DNA of 64,000 nucleotides, taken from Octopus sinensis. Its lineage: Eukaryota. This document shows positions 52,841-64,000 of this stretch, piece after piece. Numbering within the stretch: the stretch's first letter is position 1; the number at the start of each line of letters is the position of its first letter. Below the pieces are notes generated by a model, which made no database searches, was not told the DNA's origin, and saw only the letters and a program-made list of their open reading frames with translations. The stretch spans positions 98,456,001 to 98,520,000 of the forward strand of contig NC_042998.1 in the NCBI RefSeq assembly GCF_006345805.1. The letters run 5' to 3'. A program made the translations under genes and the position numbers.

Positions 52841-53632
52841 TCACTGCCCTAAGTAGATGAGAAATATTCTTTGCCATTTATCTTGTTGCCTCCATATTTA
52901 TTCTTTTTGGTTCATGAAATTATGTTAACCTGTACTTAGCTACATGTTCTTCATATAGAGATCATAGCTGGGAAATTTCCCTGTTATCAGATGTAGTTTA
53001 GTTGAAGCCATTTTATCAGAGATGCTGATATCAGGAATATGTTATTCTTCTTATTGCTGATAGCTTCACTGGTGTGACATTGACACTGAAAGCTATTCAA
53101 ATATAATCATTGGAATTTAAGGGGGAAAAGTGGTAGTCCACATCAATAAGATAAGAGGTAGATTCTTGATCATTTTGAAAGAAAAAGTATGTTTGAGAAA
53201 GAAAAAACAGTCTTTAGGCTGAGGCACAGAAATAAAGTTGGAATAGCAGAAGATAATTCATAAGGGAGATATAATTGACAAGTGAACATTAGCAAGAAAG
53301 GTGAACATTAGTAGAAAAGAAAGCACAATGCTTCTACACAGACCAGGGTCTAAGTAGTAAAAGAGTTCAGTGCTGCCTTAACATTACAGGCTGCAGGAAA
53401 TCAATGCTCTGGGTGTTATAGTATTTATTTATTGGCAGTCATTGTACATAGATCAGAATTGGACCCCTAGACTTGTTAGGCTGCAAAGTAACTGCCCAGA
53501 GTGCTCATGCGTTAAAACGACATTGGAAGTGTTGTGTTTTCTAAAATCAACAAGTATTGTCAACAACTGTATTGGAATAGCCATGAAATTAATTACATGT
53601 CTTACAAATCTTATTAACAAATACTGAAAGTT

Positions 53633-53954
53633 ATTTTGTTGTATCTATGCCAATAATAAACAAGTGCACTAGTTCAAACCACTTCTTTATTATTAGTAAA
53701 TTGCTTAATTATTAAACCAACTAACTAATCGATTGTTTGCTTAGTCACTTGGTTAGTCAACTAATCAGTTGCTTGTCAAAGTGTTACTGAGGTTGTGAAT
53801 AGTCATAGAAGGACATTCACAAACAGCTGATTGGTTGGCTAACCAAGTGATTAAGCAAACAATTGATTAGTTAGTTGGTTAAGTAACTAACCAAATGACT
53901 AATAATAATAGAAATGAAACTGAACCAGTGTATTATCTCAAAATACAACAAAAT
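53633..53954. mobile_element. 322-bp foldback with a unique centre
   Basis: AACCAACTAACTAATC...TTGGTTAG arms mirror each other; outer ATTTTGTTGTAT / ATACAACAAAAT. Confidence 0.8.
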
Positions 53955-54249
53955 TTGTTTCAACACACGAGTTCACATCAAGAATCTTGCAAACCAAATG
54001 GAAAAATGAAATACTGAAATTTACATTATTTATAGTCTTGGAGAATAGAACAAATCTTACCAAAATCTACAAAACAAACAATTTAATTATAAATAATCTT
54101 TTCCTTAAGTGCATTTGAATATCATCAAATTTGAATGGTTGAGATAAAATAGACTGAAAATTACAACAAACATCCAAAGATATGCAAATTACAAACTGTG
54201 TTTAATAAGGTGAGAAGACGGAGTAAAATATTTTATAACTTAAGAAAAA

Positions 54250-55480
54250 AAGTTATATTGTTTTTGTTTAGCATCTTTAGTTTCTAAAAGCAGACTACTT
54301 CTACTTATCATAACTATGCTGTATACATAAGTTTTAGAGGTTTAAAGATGTTCAGCTAGTGTAATGGAGGCATGTAAACACTCAAAGTAGAGAAATCTTA
54401 ACTGAATATGCCATGATTAAGAGATTCCAAACAATATTGTATTGTCACCTTCACTTTTCCACTACAAAAGTGTAGCTCCACATTGAAGCCACAAAAGTGT
54501 TTGAAGCTAGTTCAGCAGATTTAGTAACTTTTTATGCTCAACTTTGTTGAGTTTCTGAACAGAATTTGCCAGGATTTTAGTCTGGTCTAGGATGTAGGTA
54601 TCTACAAGCAACGGCAAGTTACTGAAACCTTTGGCAATATACTGTGTTTGAGAAGACTTGTCAAGCCAAGTGAGATTGTAGTCATGGCTGATGCTGGTGT
54701 TTCGTAACTGGCACCCATGCTAGTGGCATGTAAAAAGCACCCACTATACCCTTGGAGTGGTTGACATCAGGAAGGGCTTCCAGCTGTAGAAACCACGCTA
54801 AATCAGATTGGAACCTGGTGCAGCTCCCCAACTTACCAGTTTTCAGTCAAACGATCCAACCCATGCCAGCATGGAAAATAGACGTTAGATGATGATGATA
54901 ATGATGATACTCTATAACTGAGGTTACACCTTATAGACAGGCTCATAATTTTTTTCTTCTTTGGAGGATAGTAGTGTCTCTAAGATGAAATTACATTCAT
55001 TAAGATTATGAAGCAATTTCTACTGATTTGACTGGCAATGAAAGTATTACCAGTTTATTTTTATGAACTCCAATAATCTTCTTGGCAGTTGCTGCACTCC
55101 CATAAAGATATTAATGTTAACAAACATTTGTATCTATTTCATTTTGAAATGTTTGCATCCAAACATTTAATTGCTTCAGTTACTATCATGTCAAAAACTG
55201 TCAGAGGACTGAATTTGAAAAAATATTTCAATGATCTTGTAGCTTCTAGTAAGATTGTGACTGGGACTATCATCAGGTAGAATAACTGAAATAAAACTGG
55301 TTTTTTATTCACCAACATTACTTAAAGTATCAAATACTCTAGTTTCTTTAACACTTTCTTACAGTTTTGAGGCTTCTGTTTTCTTCATCTTCAGTTTTGC
55401 AATTAGTATCAGACAAATTTTCTTCAATACTATCTTCAGTAAAATCTTTGGTTTATTCAGTTTGAGACTGTCAGAATTAA
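54250..55480 (-). pseudogene. Decayed piggyBac-like transposase, interrupted by an RTE tail
   Basis: Minus-strand fragments VFDMIVTE, IFMGVQQLP, EDYWSS, NTFIASQISRNCF, YKV*P follow the order of piggyBac N-terminal/core motifs. Confidence 0.6.
54630..54908 (+). mobile_element. RTE LINE 3' end inserted in the piggyBac remnant
   Basis: Shared RTE 3' UTR and (GAT)n tail. Confidence 0.85.
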
Positions 55481-56825
55481 GATAATGTAGTTTTAATTGT
55501 AAAACAAATAATTTTCACAATGAGAAAGCTAAATTATTTAGACAGGGATATTTGCTGCTTTTATGACAAAGGTGAGCTAGTGAATAAGACCAAATTAGTT
55601 TTATATGTTTAAAATAGAAAATAGAAGTGTGTGTATGTAAATATACATACATGTCAAAAAGAAAAGTAAACAAAAGGTTGTCCTTGGTTAGCCATGACCT
55701 TTTTTTTGTTTATTTCAATTTGATCAGGTGTTTAGCATGACTAGAACGGTTTTGTTGGATGAGTAAACATATACAAGATTTTACTTGTGGAAAACAACCT
55801 ATGAAAATAAAGTTCATTAATATAATTACATCTCATATGACACTTCTTAATTTAAATATTTATTTAGTTCCTTTTCAGTGTTGGTTGAAAACCTCTGCTA
55901 ATTCACACTTGCACAAACTGTGTGAGTGCATATGTTATAAATATATATCTTCTTCCATCAAACAATAAGTGTATGGATGTTGTTTGAGAGTACAGGTACA
56001 ACTCATTTTGCCAGCTGAGTGGACTAGAACACCTTGTGTGTCTTTTTGTGCATGTGTGTGTGTATGTATGTAATGTAGGAAAAAGATAATGAATTAGTAC
56101 TGCCTGTAGATAGTTAATGTGTGTGTGTTAAAGTCACCTGACAGTAAAGCAAAACCCATTTAATTCCAAGATTAAAAGAAAAAAATATTTTATATGAGAC
56201 TTTGCTAATAAACAGACAAATGTTGAAAAATAAAAACAAAAAAACAAAAAAAAAAGGTGATTTTAACTCACAGCACTCAATTATTAAACATTCATAATTG
56301 GAATGAATAAATAAAATTGAATATCACGTATTTATGGAATTTTGATTTACTGTCGGGTGACTTTTGGCCAAACCTGTATGTTAGATGTATTGAAATGCTA
56401 CCTAGTAACTGGTATATCTGTTACACAAAAGGTACTGTGTTACACACAAATATATGTGCATTCATACACACCGACAGTAGAAACAGATACAAACCCTTGA
56501 CAAGACAGTTCAGTTAAACAGTTTCTTATTCACTTTACATGAAGGACTGCCAAACTGGACTATAAAAAGTGGATTATGCTACTTTTCAAGAGTGTATGCT
56601 AATATTCATTTAATTTGGGCAACCTGGAACTTATTTTTTAAATATAAGAATTCCATTGAATAACATTAATTAACAACTACATAAATTAGGTCTGAGATAC
56701 AAGTAATCCTCATATACATATATTTTATCAGTTTACTAGCAACTTCTACTATAGCATTGGGCTGACCAAAGCCTTGTGAGTAGATTTGGTAGACAGAAAC
56801 TGAAAGAAAGCTGTCATATATATCA

Positions 56826-57526
56826 TTATCATCATCATCATTGTTTAATGTCTGCTTTTCATGCTGGCATGGAGTTGGCTAGCAGAGAGTTGTCCAGACT
56901 CCAGCTCTGTTGAGGCATGGTTTCTACAGCTGGGTACCCTTCCTAATGCCAACCAGTTAACAGTGTGCTTTTTACATGCCACTGGCATGGGTACATTTAT
57001 GCAGCACTGATACAGGTGCATTAATGCAACACCATCACAGGTGCTTTTTAAGTGGCACTGGCACCTGAAAGGACAAGCCTGTATGTGTAGAAGACAGCGG
57101 TTTTACTTAGCTTGATGTGACTTATCAAGTACAGTAAATTGCCACATCTGCCTGTCCCTTGTTATTTCCTCAGTGAGGCCCAGTGTCCAAAGATCCTTTC
57201 TCACCACTTCAATCCTGGGTCTACTTGAATCTACCTTTCAGCATTTAGAGCTCTGCATTCCTTTATGCAGCTGCCCACAGCCATACACATCACATGACCA
57301 AACCAGCATAGTCTTCTTTCCTGCACACAACATCTGATGCCTCTTATACTCAGTTTTCCTCTTTAATCATTTACTTTCTGTTGTGCATACACACTGATAT
57401 TACCCATCCAGTGGAGCATACTGGCTTCATTTCTTTCAAGTCTTCTGTAGTCAAAGCCCATGTTTCACTGCCATGTAACATAGCTGTATGTACACAGGCA
57501 TCATACAATCTGCCTTTCACTCTGTG
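56826..57526 (-). mobile_element. Older RTE LINE 3' fragment
   Basis: Tail plus ORF-end sequence homologous to 58697-59670 (GAGCATACTGGCTTCATT...CATGTTTCACTGCCATGTA). Confidence 0.85.
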
Positions 57527-58295
57527 ACACTATATATAAAGGTGTGTGTGTACATGCATCCATGTGTGCATGTTCACTTGTGTGTACATATTGACTCATT
57601 GCATTTCTGCATATAATAAACTGCCTCAGTATAAGAGAAAGGATTAGAGCATACTGGCATGAATACAATGAAAAGAAACAAATAATTGTACTCTATAAAC
57701 ATGCTGTACACTATAGCTCAATAAGCATTATAGCTCAAGAAACACTATAACTCAATAAACAACACTGAAATAAAAATTCTCACTACATATCTAAAAGATC
57801 AGATGTTCCAACAGGTTACAGAAGCCATATGCATATGGAAGCAAATACATATGTACTCAATACAAAGAATGAGTGAAGTAGCAACAGTGTAACAAGCCCC
57901 ACCACCACAGTCACAGTAATATAAGAATGAGGATAAAATAAAGTCAGATAAAGTCAACTTCTCTAACCAATCTAAAAAACTGTACAAATTACAGATACAT
58001 CAACAAAAGCACACAGACCACACACACACATTTTTGTGTGGCCACAGACAAAAAGAAAAGTAAATGAAATGAAAAATATAAACAATTAATGAAAACAAAA
58101 CACATATGTTTAACATATAGATGACATATGACAAAATAAAATACACAAGAAAACCTGTTGGAGGATTCGAAATCATTAGAAAGGCCACTTTGGTGCCACG
58201 AAAAGATTATGACAAATTGGTTAACAATGAACAACAAACAGTGTGTGTGTTTATATACAACAAGACCTCCCCAGAGTACAAAATACATTGTGTGT

Positions 58296-58330
<35 letters not shown>

Positions 58331-58696
58331 ATGCTTTCATTATATTTTTTAGAGAGAAGCTGAAGGAGTAATAAAGTTAGTGTGGGAGAATAAAGAAAAA
58401 AGAGGGGATGACTTGAAACAAGCCAGGGACAGGGTATGGTGCAGAAAAAGAAAGATATAAAAAAACAGATATATATTGTAAGTTTACCATACATTTATGA
58501 ATAATATATGTGTGTGTGTGTGCGTGCATGTGAATGTGTGTGAGTATGAGTGTGTGTGTGTGTGTGCATGTGTGTGCACACATGCACATAGACATGCATG
58601 TATACATTCACATGTACAATATAAAACTCACTAAAGTTAAATGAATTATTTCCAAATCACAAAGTCCAACTGTCATGGCAGCTATCAAAACACTAA

Positions 58697-59670
58697 TCAT
58701 CATCATCATCATCATTTAATGTCTGCTTTCCATGTTAGCATGAGTTCGACGATTTGATTGAGGACTGGCGAACCAGATGTCTGCACCAGGCTCCAATCTG
58801 ATCTGGCAGAGTTTCTACAGCTGGATGCCCTTCCAAAATCCAACCACTCCGAGAGTATAGTGGGTGCTTTTACGTGCCACCGTGCATAGCTTATTTCCAA
58901 AAGTCTTGGTCACTAGTCATTGCCTCTGTGAGGCCTAATGTTTGAAGGTCGTGCTTCACCACTTCATTCCAGGTGTTCCTGGGTCTGCCTCTACCACAGG
59001 TTCCCTCAACCGCTAGTGTGTGGCACTTTTTTACACAGTTATCCTCATCCATTCTTGCCACATGACCATACCAACGCAGTCGTCTCTCTGATGCTTCTTA
59101 GGTCCAACTTTTCTCTCAAGGTACTTACACTCTGTCGAGTATGCACACTGACAATACACATCCAGCAGAGCATACTGGCTTCATTCCTTGCGAGCTTACA
59201 CATGTCATCATCAGTCATGGCTCATGTTTCACTGCCATGTAGTATGACTGCTCATATACATGTGTCATACAATCTACCTTTTACTCTGAGCAAGAGGCCC
59301 TTTGTCCCCAGCAGAGGTAAGAGCTCTCTGAACTTTGCCCAGGCTATTCTTATTCTAGCAGCTACACTTTCAGTGCATCCTCCTCCACTACTGACTTGGT
59401 CACATAGGTAACGGAAGCTATCAACTACTTCTAGTTTTTTTCCCTGGAATGTGGCGGAAGTTGTTCTCTGCACATTTTCAGTGTTTATTGCTCCTGAGCA
59501 TCTACCACATACAAAAACTATCTTCTCAGTTAGCCTTCCTTTGATATTGCTGCACCTCTTATGTGTTCATAGCTTATACTGGGTACATCTTATAGAGTTT
59601 CTACCTACGCCTTTTCTACATATTGAGCAGGGCCAACTACCTCAAGGGATTTGTGGTTTGCCTGCCTTCT
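58697..59670 (-). mobile_element. RTE LINE 3' fragment with 3'-UTR deletion
   Basis: ORF pieces LEVVDSFRYLCDQVSSGGGC...RIRIAWAKFRELLPLL; colinear with the 8801-10321 copy. Confidence 0.92.
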
Positions 59671-59684
59671 AAGAATATATTTAT

Positions 59685-59804
59685 TAACTTTTACAAGTAG
59701 ATGAGTGACAGTGACTTAAAAGTCTTGGTTTGTTATCAAGCCTGATGAAGATCAGCAGGCTGAAACTTCAAAGTCACTGTCATCCATTTTTTTGTAAAAG
59801 TTTA
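59685..59804. mobile_element. Short foldback with central CTGATGA...GAAAC hammerhead-like core
   Basis: ~38-bp arms (GTGACAGTGACTT / AAGTCACTGTCAT); core at 59742-59766. Confidence 0.6.
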
Positions 59805-60056
59805 AAATACATGTACTTTACTAAAAAATATTGAATAATTCTTCAGATTAATGTTAATTCTTATATATATATATAAGAGCCATAAAAACAAATACACACA
59901 CACATGATCTTACTTTATTACATACATATGCATACATGCACATCTATATACACAAACACAATGAGTACATATTTCAGCAAAAATGAATAGAGAAAAAACA
60001 TGAGATGTGTTGTATAATTTTTCTTAGAATTATATTCTTAATACTATATATATATA

Positions 60057-60368
60057 TCACTGTGATCACTGTGACCGACCAGGCTATCAGATGTTGCTAC
60101 ACATCGCTGGTCACAATGCGCTTCACACTGTTTTAGCCTTCAAATGACGCCACCCCACTGGCTAAGCGAGCAGGCCAACAGAAGAAAGAGTGAGAGAAAG
60201 TTGTGGCGAAAGAGTACAGCAGGGATTGCCACCATCCCCTGCCGGAGCCTCGTGGAGCTTTAGGTGTTTTTGCTCAATAAACACTCACAATGTCCGGTCT
60301 GGGAATCAAAACCGTGATCCTACAACCGCAAGTCCACTGCTCTAACCACTGGGCCATTGCACCTCCAC
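60057..60368 (-). mobile_element. tRNA-derived SINE family D in a (TA)n tract
   Basis: Head GTGGAGGTGCAATGGCCCAGTGGTTAGAGCAGTGGAC...GGTTTTGATTCC, tail GTGATCACAGTGA, CpG-rich. Confidence 0.85.
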
Positions 60369-63300
60369 ACTATATATATATATATACACATACCCTTACA
60401 CAAACAATCTTCATCTAACTAAAATTATTTGACAATGATTAAAATACAATCACACACACACATACACACACACGCATACTTATATACATACATGTGTGTG
60501 TGTATATGATTCTGCATTCTGAAAGTGCAGAATAATGATAGTAGGATATATAAAAAGTATATCAAATTTTCATATAAATATATAGTAAGAAAAATATAAC
60601 ATTATTCTTAAATAAAAAAGATATGCTTCAGCTATAAATTTAAAGCCTAATGCTTGATAATTGACACTGAAAATGAAAGATATATATATATATATATAAA
60701 TATACATATATATATAATATATATGTATATACATATATATATATTCATATGTTAATGTCTGTATGCATGCTACTTAATGGTATAATTTAACATCCATCTA
60801 AATTTGAGGACTAGAGGAAAATGACTATAGAGATCTATGGAATTTATTAAGAGAATCTTACAAACAAATTTTGTGTATAAGGAACAATAATTCAATCAAC
60901 ATATAAAAATAAAATAATCTTAAGCTAATTACATGAAAAGAAATAAAAAATTGTTATCTAAGAAAACTAAAAATTGTTGTGATGAAATCAGAAATTGAAT
61001 AAATAAATAAAAAGTAAATATGTAAATAAAAAAATAAATAAGATTAATAAATAAAACAACCAAAATATGAGTAAAGTTTCTTTGAAGAATTGTTTAGTTT
61101 TTCAAGAAACTCACTAAATCTAGAAAATTATTGTACACATGCAGTTAATGGAAAAAATATGCATTTAGTAAGGATAAAGCTAAATACTAATCTATTTACT
61201 TCATAGATTAGTATGATAAACAGAGTTACTAGGAGTATCCATCAAAATAAGTATCCTTACTTATTTCAGGGAAGAATAAAATGTAAGTTATATTTTCTCA
61301 AGGATATTAATGGTATAAAAGAAGTGAGAGAGCTATGGTTAGAATTAAAAATCAGAGTCAGTTTTTAGAGAGTTTAGTTTATACCAGGTGTACAGAGATT
61401 AGTGCAATACAAATATGAGAAAACTAATGAAACTATTGCATTGAATTTAAGATATTTTCCTACAGATGCAACATATCTGAAATCATTTACTATACAAAAT
61501 AGAAATAATTAATGCAAAAAAAAAAAAAACAAGATGAAAAAAATCCTCTGTAAAAAGAGTTGATCCAATCTCAAAATAATGATGCTGAATAAACAATTTG
61601 TTGTACTCGTTATTGTTGCTTCTAAAACAACGTTTCATGTAGTCCCTTCCTTCTGTGGTAAAGAAATGGAGAGAGCAAGATAATTAAACAGACTGTTGGG
61701 TTGCAAACATATCAAAGCTTGCATTTTGGGAAACAAACTGGAAAGGTAAAAACAGGTGTGAGTGTTAATGTACATGTGCCAGGACCAACATTGATGATTG
61801 AATTGGACGGGTTATATTATCAAGATTACACTTTAGAAACAAATACCTTGTGCACACGCACAGAGGAGGGGAGAAATAATAGAGAAAAAGATGGGGAGAG
61901 TGTGTGTGTGTATGTGAAAGATTTTTTGCATATATAAAGATATAGCTGGATAGAGAGATATAATGCATACATCAGCATGCAGCAATGAAAAAAGTTGTGA
62001 CACAACAATGAGGTCAGTGTTGGAGTGGCAGTGAATAATTGGATGATATTAGATGGTGTGAAATGGTTGTGAACACATGAGAGTATCATGTGTGAGGACG
62101 GAGACATGCGTGCTTGGCTTTAGCATGGTTGGCTCAGGAATAATGGAACATGGATGCAAAAAAAATAATAATACAAGGATTAATAAACTGGGTGTGAATC
62201 ACATCAGCCCTAACGTAGGTCGGCAACAAAGTTTTAACAGGTAACCTACCATAATTAAAATCTGTGAGAAATTGCAGGTAACTGCCTTCACTTGAAAAAA
62301 TAAACAATTTTATTTTTGAAATTACCAGGTAAAAGTCAGCCACTAATCTATCTATTTGTAAGTATTTCATTAATAATTACAAGCATACTAGCTGACCACA
62401 TACAATATATGTATAATAAATGCATACTTTCACACACACATACATACATACTAAAAAAAAGACAAAATTAACATACATATAACAAACATACATGTCATAT
62501 ATGTCAGTGAAGTCTTATAAATATAAAACTAATTTAAATGCTGCCTTTCCTATGAGGCACATACTTATAATTATTAATGTGTACAGAAGACATTTACATT
62601 CAGATTATCTCATATTGAGTTTCTAGCATCCCATTACATCTTCATTTGAAGACCTATCAAATAAACTGTACATTTAAGCTATAGAGGACCAAGGACTCAT
62701 ATTTTGAAAACTTGGTTTGCATTATTGTAGTTCTCATGTTTTTACATGTATGATGTTAATTGGCAGACTAAAATATCTCAATTTTAGCCCTTAGTAATAA
62801 TATATATATATGGCATTAAAGGTATCATACAAATTACTTTAGGGTTAATTGTAACTCCTACATATTTATCTATAAGTACATGCATATATACATATACACA
62901 CATACATATACTCGCACACATTAATATTACATACACACATCCCTATGGATATTATATTTATATGCAAATAGAGAGACACACATATATAGTCATATCAAAA
63001 CACTCATACATATGCATGCACTTACATATTTGTATATACTTAGATAAAAATATAGTCATAAAATTATTTGAAACTAGATATACTATACTGAAATAATTTC
63101 TATAAGCATCAGGAATGTAGTATTTAGTACCATTTCTGTTTCCACCACCATAGTAGCCAACAATGAAAAATCTTTTCAGAATGAATATTGAGCATTATAT
63201 GTATTTTCAATAATGTTCTTGGCATATTTATTTCAAAAAGTAGTATGATAGACAAATTCCATGTTTATGTTTCTGAGCTGAATTATTGCTAGATTAATTT

Positions 63301-64000
63301 AAATGTTCAGTTGCTATTTTGAATAACTTTGTACTAGGTGTATTTAAAACTTAATTTTAATTTTGTTTAATGTAAACTTCTTACACAAATATTTCTTAAA
63401 TTTGGCACGTTAATACAATGCTTATATAAGTGGATTTGACCACTGTTTTGAAGAAAGGTCAAACATGGCTTATTTGTGACTTAAAAGGTTTGACTTAAAT
63501 TAAATACAATTAATATTTTAATGCTTTTTTTTCAAAATATTAATAGGTAATGTAACTTAAGTCTCTCTCTCTCTCTCTCTCGCTACATACACACATACAT
63601 ATATAAATATAAATGTATGTATATATACATCAGATCAAAGTATACAATATATACAAGATTATAGATCCATTTCAGCCAATCTTACCTATTAGTTTTGCAT
63701 TGGATATTAGGTAACCAGATGCTAGAGTGCACTGCAGTTAACTAAAACCATGTGCTCTTCAGCAATGGCAGGCAAACCTGAAATGGATCTATAATACTGT
63801 ATATTTTGATTTCATATATCCATTCTATTGACAAATATGAGTGCATTTTCTTCTTACTTATGGATACCTAGATGACTATATTTTCAGAGAGATAAAGAGA
63901 GAGCTTTATATATCTATCTATATATATAAGCTGTTTATATCAATAATATCAATGATCAAATTCTGTGAACTAAACTAAATCAAAAAGCTAAACACATTTT

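Noticed and set aside
58121-58270. Protein-looking frames on both strands (RKPVGGFEIIRK / SWHQSGLSNDFESS)
   Set aside because: No credible splice-site pair on either strand.

Overview
AT-rich, microsatellite-laden eukaryotic DNA. The SINE/LINE repertoire (tRNA-headed OK/OR-like SINEs, RTE LINEs with (GAT)n tails, CR1) points to a coleoid cephalopod, most likely Octopus. No prokaryotic features, CRISPR array or true tRNA/rRNA gene was found. Host-gene content is sparse. One confident minus-strand terminal coding exon lies at 40176-40595 (139 aa low-complexity tail, gene not identified, called gene B). A CpG-retaining region at ~11.4-14.8 kb holds probable 5' exons of a second minus-strand gene running off the left edge (gene A). 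The rest is intron/intergenic DNA packed with SINEs, RTE and CR1 LINE fragments, hAT and Tc1/pogo MITEs, Helitron-family pieces, decayed piggyBac and LTR-type remnants, and one 100-N gap. The most interesting unexplained signal is a recurring set of short foldback (palindromic) elements. Most carry minimal hammerhead-ribozyme-like cores (CUGA(N)GA - stem II - GAAA - short or palindromic stem III - NUH) of the kind known from Penelope-like retroelements. The best case, at 24455-24768, has two outward-facing copies whose core lacks position 7. All alignments and folds were done by eye, and family names need database confirmation.
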